From Acutalibacteraceae bacterium (GTDB taxonomy: Bacteria > Bacillota > Clostridia > Oscillospirales > Acutalibacteraceae), in contig JAZNGU010000055.1 of the NCBI GenBank assembly GCA_045576615.1, forward strand, positions 1,415 through 65,414: a stretch of 64,000 nucleotides of DNA, written 5' to 3'. This document shows positions 27,472-36,602 of the stretch, one piece after another. Every line of letters begins with the position of its first letter. Within the stretch, counting starts at the first letter, position 1. Below the pieces are notes generated by a model. The model searched no databases. It was not told the DNA's origin and saw nothing but the letters and a program-made list of their open reading frames with translations. Position numbers and translations under genes: made by a program.

Positions 27472-28776
27472 TTATATTAGTTTTTCGAGTTCTTCTTCAA
27501 TCATCTTTTTCTCATATTCGCTTCTGTCGGAAAGCCTTGCAAAGCTTTCGCAACCGAAGGACATAAGAAATGTTGCAGAGCTTTTATTTAAAGTAATATT
27601 TGAAACAAAAATTTCAGTTTCGGGAGAGTTGCCGAATGCAGAAATCATAAACTCAACAACATTTGAAAGAGCATTTTGAACATCGGCAACATCGGTTTTT
27701 AGTTGCTCCATATCTCTCTTAACAGTTTCTCTCTCTTCTGCACTTGTTTCTTTATCCTTTAAAATTTTAAGTGCTTGTTTAATTAAATTGCTTTCGGTAA
27801 TAACTTCTTTTGCTTTAACTGTAATGCAGTCGCTTAAAATATTAATTAAGCCTAATTTTTCTGAAATACTTAAGTTTTTGACTTCCTCAATAATAGTGCT
27901 ATCAAAACAACCTTCAAGAATTTTTTTGGTATCAAAAATATCTTTAAGCTTTTTGAAAGCGAAATAATAGTTTGAAAAATCCTGCGCAACAGAAGGGTTC
28001 TGTATGTACTGTTCAATTAAAGATGCATCTATTTCAAGATTTTTCTTTTCATAAAGACACATTATTCTTGATAAATCTTCCCAACCACGAGCAGTAACAA
28101 AGCATTTAGCTGCAGGGGTGTTTTCAATTGAATAAAAACAGTCTTTTTTTATATCTAAAAAAGCAATTATTGCAGGATGAACATTGTTGTTGACAGCATA
28201 TTCTTTCCATACATCATAGCTTGCTTCAACATCAATTTTCTTTATTCTGTCAAGAGTTGCAATATCGTATTCTCTAACGGATTTGTTGTATTCAGGGGGA
28301 TTGCCTGCGGTAACAACAATCCAACCCTTCGGAACCTCGTGAGAGCCAAAGGTTTTATACTGCAAAAATCTTAACATTGATGGTGCAAGTGTTTCGGAAA
28401 CGCAGTTGATTTCGTCAAGAAATAAAATGCCTTCCTTTTTACCTGTAATTTCAATGTAGTTATAAACAGAAGCGAGAATTTCGCTCATAGTGTATTCTGA
28501 AACACTGTATTCTTTTTCATCAAAGGTTTTCTTTGCAATAAAAGGTAGACCTATTGCACTCTGCCTTGTGTGGTGGGTCATAGAATATGAAACAAGACCT
28601 ATGTTCAAATCGTTTGCAATCTGCTCCATAACTGCAGTTTTACCTATTCCGGGAGGGCCGTAAAGGAAAATAGGACGCTGTTTCTCCACGGGAATAAAAA
28701 ATGAACCGTCCTCGTTTTTTTCAAGGTATGCAATTACTGTGTTTTTAATATGTGTTGTTGCTTCTTTTATGTTCAT
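27472..28776 (-). CDS. MoxR/AAA_5-class AAA+ ATPase with an uncharacterised helical C-terminal half
   Basis: Walker A LYGPPGIGKTAV, Walker B ILFLDEIN, sensor/Arg-finger region VVTAGNPPEYN..V.E.D.ATLDRI. Start set to the second ATG (MNIKE...), 6 nt after AGGAGG. This ATG overlaps the TGA of the LRR gene (ATGA). Confidence 0.85.
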   Translation of the reverse strand: MNIKEATTHIKNTVIAYLEKNEDGSFFIPVEKQRPIFLYGPPGIGKTAVMEQIANDLNIGLVSYSMTHHTRQSAIGLPFIAKKTFDEKEYSVSEYTMSEILASVYNYIEITGKKEGILFLDEINCVSETLAPSMLRFLQYKTFGSHEVPKGWIVVTAGNPPEYNKSVREYDIATLDRIKKIDVEASYDVWKEYAVNNNVHPAIIAFLDIKKDCFYSIENTPAAKCFVTARGWEDLSRIMCLYEKKNLEIDASLIEQYIQNPSVAQDFSNYYFAFKKLKDIFDTKKILEGCFDSTIIEEVKNLSISEKLGLINILSDCITVKAKEVITESNLIKQALKILKDKETSAEERETVKRDMEQLKTDVADVQNALSNVVEFMISAFGNSPETEIFVSNITLNKSSATFLMSFGCESFARLSDRSEYEKKMIEEELEKLI

Positions 28777-30032
28777 AAGCATCCTCCTAAAATTTCTTCA
28801 TATAGGAAGTTGATTTCGTCAAATCCCGAGTTTTTCTTCTTTTGTGATAATATCTGTTGCAAATTTAAAAAGCCGTTTTTTGCTGATTTTTCATATAAAA
28901 ATGCACAATATTCAGTAGAAAGTTCAAAATTATCTATTATGTATTTTAAAACTTTTTCTTCGTTTTTCTCAGTGGCAAAGAGAGCGGCATATTCTACCGT
29001 TTCTGATAAATAACTTTTATAGTTAATTTCTTTTTGTTCGTTAAGCTCAATGGGAAAGGTGAGTCGAAATGCTGAAATTAAGGGCTTTTCTTTTTCTTCT
29101 GCTTTTTCGAATTGTGAATCATATTTTATAAAATCAAATTTACTGTTTTTAATTAGTGTGTCGTTTCTGTCATTATATGAATAAAAATGCTCGCTTATAA
29201 AAAGTCTGGCATTATATTTTTCTAAAGAAAGAATGTGGCGGTGGCAAGTTTTGTTTTCACAGGTTTGTTTGTATGTTAATGTGTTTTCAAAGCCTAAGCA
29301 TAATGTTTTTATGTCTTTTGGAACGGTAACTGTCGGGCATAGTTCATATCCACTTTTCTGAATAAAGCTGGAAGAAAACATTGTTCCGTTTATATTTGGC
29401 AAAATGCAAGGCGTTTCGGGAAATGCGGAAGCACCCACATATTCGGGCGTACCACTCCAGACAATGCTTGTAAGGGTTTTACAGCCTTCAAAAGCCATAT
29501 CGCCTATATGTTTGATGCCTTCCGGTAAAACAACGGATTTAAGACTTTGGCAACGCTTGAAAGCCTTGTTGTTTATTACTTTTAATGATTTCGGGAGAAC
29601 TATTTCTTTTAAATTAATGCATCCGCTGAAACACTCTTCTCCTATAATTTCAAGTTCCTCGGGTAAAACGATTGTTTCAAGCGAACGGCAGTTTTCAAAT
29701 AAATTGGGGGCTAATTCTTTTAATCCTTCGGGTAATTGAATTTTTTCAAGTTTAGTACAGCTTTTAAAAGCTCCCTCACCTAAATGTTTTATTGAAGGTG
29801 GGAGAGTAACACTTTTTAATGAGGAACAGTTCAAAAAAGCAAAATCCTGAATTTCTGTAAGCTTTTCTGAAAATATAATGTTCTTCAGAGAAGAGCAATT
29901 GCTGAACGCATAGCTTTTAACCGTTTTTACAGTATGAAACATCTCTACGTCTTCAATTTGTGAATTGAAGGCATATTTATCTGTTTTTATTACAGGCAAA
30001 AAGATTTTTAATGTTTTTTCTGCAGATTGCAA
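28773..30032 (-). CDS. Cytoplasmic BspA-type (LRR_5) leucine-rich-repeat protein with an unknown C-terminal domain
   Basis: 419 aa. About 7 to 8 tandem units of about 23 aa of the form F..C..L..I.LP..L..IG..AF. No signal peptide or TM helix. TTG start behind GAAAGGAAAG. Confidence 0.8.
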   Translation of the reverse strand: MQSAEKTLKIFLPVIKTDKYAFNSQIEDVEMFHTVKTVKSYAFSNCSSLKNIIFSEKLTEIQDFAFLNCSSLKSVTLPPSIKHLGEGAFKSCTKLEKIQLPEGLKELAPNLFENCRSLETIVLPEELEIIGEECFSGCINLKEIVLPKSLKVINNKAFKRCQSLKSVVLPEGIKHIGDMAFEGCKTLTSIVWSGTPEYVGASAFPETPCILPNINGTMFSSSFIQKSGYELCPTVTVPKDIKTLCLGFENTLTYKQTCENKTCHRHILSLEKYNARLFISEHFYSYNDRNDTLIKNSKFDFIKYDSQFEKAEEKEKPLISAFRLTFPIELNEQKEINYKSYLSETVEYAALFATEKNEEKVLKYIIDNFELSTEYCAFLYEKSAKNGFLNLQQILSQKKKNSGFDEINFLYEEILGGCL

Positions 30033-30051
30033 AATAACTTTCCTTTCGGAT

Positions 30052-31452
30052 TTATAAAGTGATTAGTTTGTTTTTATCTATGTATAGAGGGGTTGCCCAT
30101 AATGGTAAACGTTTTTTGGAAAAACCATTATCGTGAATTATAAAAACGTTTTTGTAAAGTGGTGTTTTTTCAGGGTAAATACCATCACCATCTGTGAAAT
30201 AAATAAGTCCGTTAAGCTCTTTCTTTGAGTTCTTTTCATAAAGCTCATCAACATATTGGAATACAGGGGTGAAGTTCGTTCCGCCAAAGCCGTGTAAAAC
30301 AAGATTATTGATGTAATCTTCAAGCTCTAACGGTGTTTTTATAATAACTACATCTTGTATGGTAGCATCACATTGTATAATATGTATTTCTGAACTTTTT
30401 TTAAAGAAATCAGTGGAGTTGAGTATTGAATAAGTTTTTCTTATAAACCCCTCAACAATTTCACCTTTTACAGAGCCGGATGTATCAATTGCTATAACAA
30501 GTTTGTTGATTTTTCCGCTTTCTGCATATTCAAGGGGTTCAATTAACGGAATGTTTTCGTAAAGCTTAAGACCATATGTGTAATAAATATAGTCGAATTC
30601 ATCATCGTTGATTTCAAGAGTTTCATCGGTTTCAATAAACCTTTTCAGTAAATCTGAATAATCATATTCTTCACGGGTTACGGATTCAAAAATCTGGATT
30701 CCTTCGCCAAAATTAGAACCCATTTGAGATGGGAAAACATCCAAATCACGAATGATTTGTTTTGTGATTTCACGCCATGCATCCTGTGAATTTTCTGCAT
30801 TGGCGTTTGAAAACTTGCTCAAGGTTTTTCCGCCGTTTTGAGATTCTCCGTTTCGGTCATCTTCCTGCTTGTAAATTGAACGAGCCTCAATCTCAGTGGG
30901 ATCATCGTCATCATTTATGCTGAAAAGAGCATTTTCATACCAAGTCTTATGATGGTCAACCAAAAACAAGTCTGCGTATAGTTCAATATCATTGGTTGAA
31001 AGTTTTTTCTCTGTTAAATAGTAATAAATATTTTCTGCAGTGAAGTTTTTAATTCCGTCAGAAAAATGTTTAATGACACTGTTCTGTGTGGCGGATTTCT
31101 CTGTTTGAGAGCAGGAAAGCTTTGCATCATTAATTATTTTTTCAACGCACATATCACAAGCTAAGTTCCAAAGTTTTTTGTTTCTAAAATCTGTGTTATA
31201 GATATGTAGCAGAGAGCAGTGTAATAAAGAATGTAGTAATAGTCTTGGGATATTGTTTTTGTTGGTTTTGTATTTCTTGCATATATCTTGGGGTGAGTAA
31301 TAAAAATCATTGCCGTTTGTGTAGTTGCATTCTCTTTCTGATAGCTTGAATTTTAAAGCATTTATTGCTCTTATAAATGGTGGGAGTTCACGGCAGACCG
31401 ATTTTTTGCCTTGGTTTATAATTTTTTCGGCAAGTTTATTTACATCGGACAC
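30052..31452 (-). CDS. DUF2201-like protein: degenerate metallopeptidase-like N-domain plus a VWA domain with an intact MIDAS
   Basis: HSLLHCSLLH at the position of the family HExxH. VIAIDTSGSV (DxSGS), GGTNF and FTDGDG MIDAS elements. The preferred start is GTG 31452, 7 nt after GGGGG. The track start ATG 31530 has no RBS, so the 5' end is uncertain. Confidence 0.8.
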   Translation of the reverse strand: MSDVNKLAEKIINQGKKSVCRELPPFIRAINALKFKLSERECNYTNGNDFYYSPQDICKKYKTNKNNIPRLLLHSLLHCSLLHIYNTDFRNKKLWNLACDMCVEKIINDAKLSCSQTEKSATQNSVIKHFSDGIKNFTAENIYYYLTEKKLSTNDIELYADLFLVDHHKTWYENALFSINDDDDPTEIEARSIYKQEDDRNGESQNGGKTLSKFSNANAENSQDAWREITKQIIRDLDVFPSQMGSNFGEGIQIFESVTREEYDYSDLLKRFIETDETLEINDDEFDYIYYTYGLKLYENIPLIEPLEYAESGKINKLVIAIDTSGSVKGEIVEGFIRKTYSILNSTDFFKKSSEIHIIQCDATIQDVVIIKTPLELEDYINNLVLHGFGGTNFTPVFQYVDELYEKNSKKELNGLIYFTDGDGIYPEKTPLYKNVFIIHDNGFSKKRLPLWATPLYIDKNKLITL

Positions 31453-31560
31453 AGTCAAGCCCCCTATTCTTTTAAAACACAGATAATTTAATGGGTATAG
31501 CCAATTTTCTTGAAATTTGACCATACCCATTAATTAAACAATATTAATATTAATTATTTG

Positions 31561-33030
31561 TTAAAACTCGATTTCTATTTCCTGTTCTCCGATACCGGTT
31601 TTGAATTCAATGTCGTAACCGATGTTACCGGGAAGTTCGATTATTTTATATTTACCGTCACACTTGATTTCTTTAGGCTTGCGGTCAACATAAACAACTG
31701 TGGGGACTTTGAATTTTTCTGTCTGATTGTATTTTAATTTGAACTCGCCATCATCGTGGTCGTATTTGTAGGAAATAATTTCACCTGTGACTGCCTTAGG
31801 ACGAGGACGGGTAAATACTTTCATAAAGTCTTGTTCTAAAATTCCGTCAAAATAGCACCAATATGTGTTGCTCCATTTGTAAGAATCAAATTTGTTCTGC
31901 AAGAATCTGATATGGGGATACCAACCGTCACCCTCTGCACAAGAACCCCATTCACCAACAATGCAAGGAACATCGAGTCTTACCTGGGTGTTTCTGTGCT
32001 CATCAAAAATCATTCCTACACGGGAGTTGTTGGCATATTTGTATGCGGGGGTATCAACCATAAGGTCATAAGCGTGAGGAGCGAAAACCTGCTGGCTTTC
32101 TCTTTCTCCGTTAACAGTAACGGGCTTGTTACAGCAAGGAATACCCATATTGGAATAATAGTTGTTTTCCATAATCATTACTCCGCGGTCGGTAACTTCT
32201 CTTACTGCAGTTGCCATTTTGCTGACAAAAGGTGAGTAGCGCTCGGCATCAAAACGTCTGACAAGATCGTTGCAGGAAGAAACGATTTTTCTGAATACAT
32301 CGGCTTCATATTGGTCAAGTGCTTTTGGTTTTTCATCGCTGAAAAGACCGATTTTCGCCATTTCTATAAGGTCAACTCGTTTGTCGGTGACGGAGTTTTT
32401 TACAAGACTTTTAATGAGTGTTCTGAAAATTTTTCCGCCATCTTCACCCGGGTGGGGTTCGTTGAAAAAGTCAAATCCGAAAAGAGCAGGCTTGTCTTTA
32501 ACCGCTTCTGCTACGTGCTTCCACATATCAGCAAAATAGTCCTGCAAACCTTTGCGGTTATATTTAGCATTGTCCCAGAAATTATCAAACGCTCTGAAAC
32601 AAGCCTTGCCGTAGAAATAGGGTTCTGCCCAAACGGCAATTTGTTTTCTGGGGACATATTTATCTGTTAAAGTTGCCCAACGGGGAGCACCGTCACCATA
32701 ACAATAAGGGGAATAAACATCCTGATGGCAATCAAGATAGGCGTAAATGCCGTATTCTTCGCATTTATCAAGAAATGCACAAAGGTCGGAAATGAGCTTT
32801 TCGTTGTAGTGTCCGGGTTTTGGTTCCATTGCACCCCAGGTAAAACCTAAACGAATTATATCATAACCTCTTGCTCGGAATTCTTCAAAAGGGAATTTAT
32901 CAACCTTGTAGCCGTAGCCTTGGTCTTTTTCATCAAAGTCTTTTTTATCAACTACATTCATACCGCTGAAAATTCTTTCTCTTCCGTATTGGTCAATAAA
33001 TCTCATTCCGGAAACTTTAATTTGGTCCAT
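31561..33030 (-). CDS. GH5 glycoside hydrolase, endoglycoceramidase/glucosylceramidase-like, no signal peptide
   Basis: 489 aa. IRLGFTWGAMEP, LDCHQDVYS, FDFFNEP (acid/base Glu) and VGEWG (nucleophile Glu). RBS AAAGGAGGA. Confidence 0.85.
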   Translation of the reverse strand: MDQIKVSGMRFIDQYGRERIFSGMNVVDKKDFDEKDQGYGYKVDKFPFEEFRARGYDIIRLGFTWGAMEPKPGHYNEKLISDLCAFLDKCEEYGIYAYLDCHQDVYSPYCYGDGAPRWATLTDKYVPRKQIAVWAEPYFYGKACFRAFDNFWDNAKYNRKGLQDYFADMWKHVAEAVKDKPALFGFDFFNEPHPGEDGGKIFRTLIKSLVKNSVTDKRVDLIEMAKIGLFSDEKPKALDQYEADVFRKIVSSCNDLVRRFDAERYSPFVSKMATAVREVTDRGVMIMENNYYSNMGIPCCNKPVTVNGERESQQVFAPHAYDLMVDTPAYKYANNSRVGMIFDEHRNTQVRLDVPCIVGEWGSCAEGDGWYPHIRFLQNKFDSYKWSNTYWCYFDGILEQDFMKVFTRPRPKAVTGEIISYKYDHDDGEFKLKYNQTEKFKVPTVVYVDRKPKEIKCDGKYKIIELPGNIGYDIEFKTGIGEQEIEIEF

Positions 33031-33063
33031 TGTGTATTCCTCCTTTATCTGAATAAAATTTGA

Positions 33064-34281
33064 TTATAAAGTTTTTATTTCTGCGCAAAGAGGTGCAGAT
33101 GTTGTTTTCCAGAAACTACCAGCATAAATCTTTACTTCGTATTCAGTATCGGGGTTTAAATCTGTGTAAGCAATTTCAAGATATTCTGGCATGTTGTAGA
33201 AATAATATTCCGACCACAACCCTGTCTGTTTAACAATTGTGTTGGTTGCTTTTTCAATAACAACAACCTTGTAGTCGTTAACATAGTCCTCATCAATTTT
33301 AGCCTGAGGGAATTTAACTCTGAAGCCGTCATCATCAAGGTCCTCGAATTCGATTTTTGCATCTTTAGCAAAATAGGGTGTAACCGCAGTTTTGAAGCGG
33401 ATGTCATCAGTGTATTTAAAACTTTCGGGATTCCAGGGTTCGTCAATTTCCCAAACATAAGGGAAGAAATTGTCTGTGAAGATATCATAAGGATAAATTC
33501 TTACTCTGCCGTCTTTGTCTGCTTCAACAATAAGGAATTGAGCAAAATTTGCTTTCATGGGAGGAACTGTGCCGTAGTACTTATCGAACTCGTCAAGCTC
33601 TGTGTATGAAAGTGAGCCGGTTCCCAGTGATGTGAAGTGCTTCTGATGAATTGAACGGGGATTGTTAATGGGAGCGTGGGAGTGACCTGAGAAGTTAATC
33701 ATCTGAGGATAGTCCATATATGTAGCATAAAGCTCGTCTTCACCCCAAAGCATACTGCCGTAGACTGTGTCTGTAATATGGGGGTGCTGGAAAACGAAAA
33801 TAGGCTTTTTAGGGTCTGCTTCTCTTGCCTTTTTAAGTTCTTTTGCCATATATGCAATTTTTTCACCATTAAAGTTTGTTCCGTGAGAACAGGTGAGGCT
33901 TATAAAGTGGAAACCGTTAATAACTCTGTGTTCATCAACGGGCAAATTAAATACTCTGGCAAACTTTTCGTGTGCCGCTTCAACACCTTCACTGTGGTAT
34001 TCGTGACTTGCCATTGTGAGGGCATATTGTGTTTCGGGTTTAAGATTTCTTTCAACAACTTCCTTAAACTTTCTCATTTGTGTTTCTGTTCCGCTGTTAG
34101 CAAAGTCACCAACGGAATAAAAAGCATCAAGTTTTTTATAAGTTTCGCTTTCTTCACAAAGCTGATAAACTCTTTTTATTGCCTTTTCGAGTCTTTCTTC
34201 TTCAATGCAATGCTCATCTTTTATATGGACATCACTTGTAACCATGAATCTGAGAACGGGTTTGAAATCTTTTTGAAGCAT
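33064..34281 (-). CDS. Calcineurin-like metallophosphoesterase with a C-terminal beta-sandwich (FN3-like) extension, no signal peptide
   Basis: 405 aa. SDVHI, GDFANSG, ASHEYH, FQHPH, GHSH motifs. RBS AGGAGGA. Ends 33 nt upstream of the GH5 gene. Confidence 0.85.
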   Translation of the reverse strand: MLQKDFKPVLRFMVTSDVHIKDEHCIEEERLEKAIKRVYQLCEESETYKKLDAFYSVGDFANSGTETQMRKFKEVVERNLKPETQYALTMASHEYHSEGVEAAHEKFARVFNLPVDEHRVINGFHFISLTCSHGTNFNGEKIAYMAKELKKAREADPKKPIFVFQHPHITDTVYGSMLWGEDELYATYMDYPQMINFSGHSHAPINNPRSIHQKHFTSLGTGSLSYTELDEFDKYYGTVPPMKANFAQFLIVEADKDGRVRIYPYDIFTDNFFPYVWEIDEPWNPESFKYTDDIRFKTAVTPYFAKDAKIEFEDLDDDGFRVKFPQAKIDEDYVNDYKVVVIEKATNTIVKQTGLWSEYYFYNMPEYLEIAYTDLNPDTEYEVKIYAGSFWKTTSAPLCAEIKTL

Positions 34282-34467
34282 ATTAACTCCTCCTGAATAG
34301 GTACAAAATTATACATATTAATTCTAACATTTACCATACCTTAATTCAATTGGAAAAACAAACAATTAGAAGTATTAAAATATGTTAAAAAGTTTCATAT
34401 TTATATTTATTTTTATGAAAAGTTATGATATACTATGGGGGAAAACAAAACAGAAGGAGTAATTAAA

Positions 34468-34668
34468 ATGACAATTAATAAAGATACAATAATCGGTTCA
34501 ATTCTTGATGTAGCTCCCGATACAGCACCTTTCTTTCTTGAAATGGGTATGCATTGTCTCGGTTGCCCTGCTTCACGTGGTGAAACTGTTGAACAGGCTT
34601 GCAGAGTTCACGGCGTAGATGCGGACGAGCTTATTGCGAAAATCAACGCATTTCTTGAGAATAAATGA
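34468..34668 (+). CDS. DUF1858 / hybrid-cluster-protein-associated redox disulfide domain protein
   Basis: 66 aa from ATG 34468, behind GAAGGAG. GMHCLGCPAS...ETVEQAC..HG.D is the family pattern. Confidence 0.8.
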   Translation: MTINKDTIIGSILDVAPDTAPFFLEMGMHCLGCPASRGETVEQACRVHGVDADELIAKINAFLENK

Positions 34669-35336
34669 TTATTAATTTATCCCCCAGGCTTTCTGCCGCC
34701 GCTTCTCTCGTAAAGGGCGGCGGCATTGTTGCTGATATAGGAACAGACCATGGGTATTTGCCTATATATTTAATACAGTCGGGAAAAAACGAAAGAGCAA
34801 TTGCGGCAGATATTGGCAAAATGCCTTTAGAAAATGCTGCAAAATCTGTTGCCGAATATGACCTCGCAGAAAAAATAGAACTTCGACTTTCCGATGGACT
34901 TAACTCATTCCGGGAAAACGAGGTTGATGAAATTGTTTTTGCAGGAATGGGCGGTACTCTTATTGCCGAAAAGCTGAATGAAACTCCTTGGATTAAAAAT
35001 AAAAATCTGCATTTTGTTTTTCAACCACAGAGCAGGGCAGAGGATTTGAGAGAATTCCTCTTTTTAAACGGATTTGAAATAGGTAAAGAAATTGCCACCC
35101 ACGAGGGAAACCGGTTTTATATAGCTTTTGATGCTTTCTATACGGGTGAAACTCGTGATTTTACAGTTGCAGATTGCTTTTTAGGAAAATTACCTGAAAC
35201 AGAAGATGCAAAAATACATATTAAAAAACAGGTTAACCGATTGCAGAAAAGGTACGATGCCACAAAAGAAGTCGGCAAAACCGATGATGGACTTTTCGAA
35301 ACAATACAGAAATTAAAGGAATTTTTAAATGATTAA
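34665..35336 (+). CDS. trmK: tRNA (adenine22-N1)-methyltransferase
   Basis: 223 aa. DIGTDHGYLPIYL, AADI...PL, AGMGG motifs. Followed two genes downstream by the Nif3 gene; trmK-yqfO are directly adjacent in Bacillus. Confidence 0.85.
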   Translation: MIINLSPRLSAAASLVKGGGIVADIGTDHGYLPIYLIQSGKNERAIAADIGKMPLENAAKSVAEYDLAEKIELRLSDGLNSFRENEVDEIVFAGMGGTLIAEKLNETPWIKNKNLHFVFQPQSRAEDLREFLFLNGFEIGKEIATHEGNRFYIAFDAFYTGETRDFTVADCFLGKLPETEDAKIHIKKQVNRLQKRYDATKEVGKTDDGLFETIQKLKEFLND

Positions 35337-35847
35337 AACAATAGCACAGATTGTTGGCTTCGGCGGTGCGGCACTTAACGGACTTTCATTTCAACAGAAA
35401 AAGAGAAAAGGAATTATAGGCGTACAGATTGGTGCGGCAGTACTTTTTATAATTCATTATATACTTTTAGGTGCGTACACAGGTGCGGCACTTAATTTTA
35501 TAGGACTTCTTCGTTCAATTGTGTTCATAAATAATGATAAAAAATGGGCGAAAAGTCCTGTTTGGTTGGGAGTTTTTGTTGTTATAAGCGCAGTTTCAAG
35601 TGCTTTAACCTGGGTGGATTGGTATTCAATACTTCCTGCTATGGCTATGATTTTAACAACTGTCAGTTATTGGCTTAAAAGTGAAACAAAGATTCGTCTT
35701 GTTACTTTCCCCAGCTCACCTTGTTGGCTTATTTATAACATAATAACAGGCTCAGTTGCAGGAATTATAACAGAATGTATTGTTATGAGCTCGCTTATAA
35801 TCGCAATCGTTAGATATGATATTTTGAAAAAGGAAAAGAAGAAATGA
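35329..35847 (+). CDS. YgjV-family inner membrane protein
   Basis: 172 aa, 5 to 6 TM helices, sequence pattern resembles the Imp-YgjV family. Confidence 0.6.
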   Translation: MIKTIAQIVGFGGAALNGLSFQQKKRKGIIGVQIGAAVLFIIHYILLGAYTGAALNFIGLLRSIVFINNDKKWAKSPVWLGVFVVISAVSSALTWVDWYSILPAMAMILTTVSYWLKSETKIRLVTFPSSPCWLIYNIITGSVAGIITECIVMSSLIIAIVRYDILKKEKKK

Positions 35848-36590
35848 CTGTTAAAGATATTTATGATTACCTGAATGAAATCGCACCTTTTGACACTGCT
35901 GAGGAATGGGACAATTGCGGTCTTACTGTAGGTTCTTTCCAAAAGGATGTTAAGAAAATATATATTGCTCTTGATGTAACAGATGATGTTTTAAAAGATG
36001 CAAAATCTTTTGGTGCAGACCTTGTGATTACCCATCATCCAATGATTTTTAACCCTGTATCTCAAATACTTTCCGATAGCCTTGTGTATAAAGCAGTAGT
36101 ATCGGAGATGAGTTTTATTGCATCCCATACCTGCCTTGATAAAGCCGAGGGTGGAGTTAACCATTGTCTTGCAAACAAGGTTGGTATTAAGAACTTGAAA
36201 ACATCTGAAAATAATGGGTTTCTCAAATACGGTGAAATAGGAGCTTGTACCGCAGAAGAATTTGCAAATAAAATCAAATTTGCTTTAGGCGGAGCGGTTT
36301 CTTTTACAGATGCAGGGAAACCTATTAAAACAATTGCTCTTTGCTCGGGTGCAGGTGGAGATTTGGTAGCAGAAGCTAAGAATATCGGTGCAGATGCTTT
36401 TCTGACAGGTGAAGCAAAGTACCACGAATATTTGCTTTCGAAAGATTCAGGCGTTTCTATGTTCGTTGCAGGACATTTTGAAACAGAAAACATTGTTTGT
36501 GATTGTTTATACAAATCTCTCAATGAAAAATTCGGTAATGAAATAGAAATCAAGGTTTCAGATTTAAAAAATTGTGTGAAATATATTTAA
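35844..36590 (+). CDS. Nif3-like dinuclear metal centre protein (YqfO/YbgI family)
   Basis: 248 aa. NCGL.VG, ITHHPMIF, and GHFETE at the C-terminus. Confidence 0.88.
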   Translation: MTVKDIYDYLNEIAPFDTAEEWDNCGLTVGSFQKDVKKIYIALDVTDDVLKDAKSFGADLVITHHPMIFNPVSQILSDSLVYKAVVSEMSFIASHTCLDKAEGGVNHCLANKVGIKNLKTSENNGFLKYGEIGACTAEEFANKIKFALGGAVSFTDAGKPIKTIALCSGAGGDLVAEAKNIGADAFLTGEAKYHEYLLSKDSGVSMFVAGHFETENIVCDCLYKSLNEKFGNEIEIKVSDLKNCVKYI

Positions 36591-36602
36591 AAGGTAAAAT
36601 TA

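Noticed and set aside
31453-31530. N-terminal 26-codon extension of the VWA gene from ATG 31530
   Set aside because: The upstream sequence is AT-rich with no RBS. An internal GTG at 31452 is preceded by GGGGG at proper spacing. The 5' end remains uncertain, so the wider range is kept in the finding coordinates.
33778-34296. 172-aa plus-strand ORF
   Set aside because: Antisense to the metallophosphoesterase gene. Cys/Phe-rich with no RBS.
36062-36553. 163-aa minus-strand ORF
   Set aside because: Antisense to the Nif3-like gene, which has the ITHHPMIF and GHFETE motifs. A shadow ORF.
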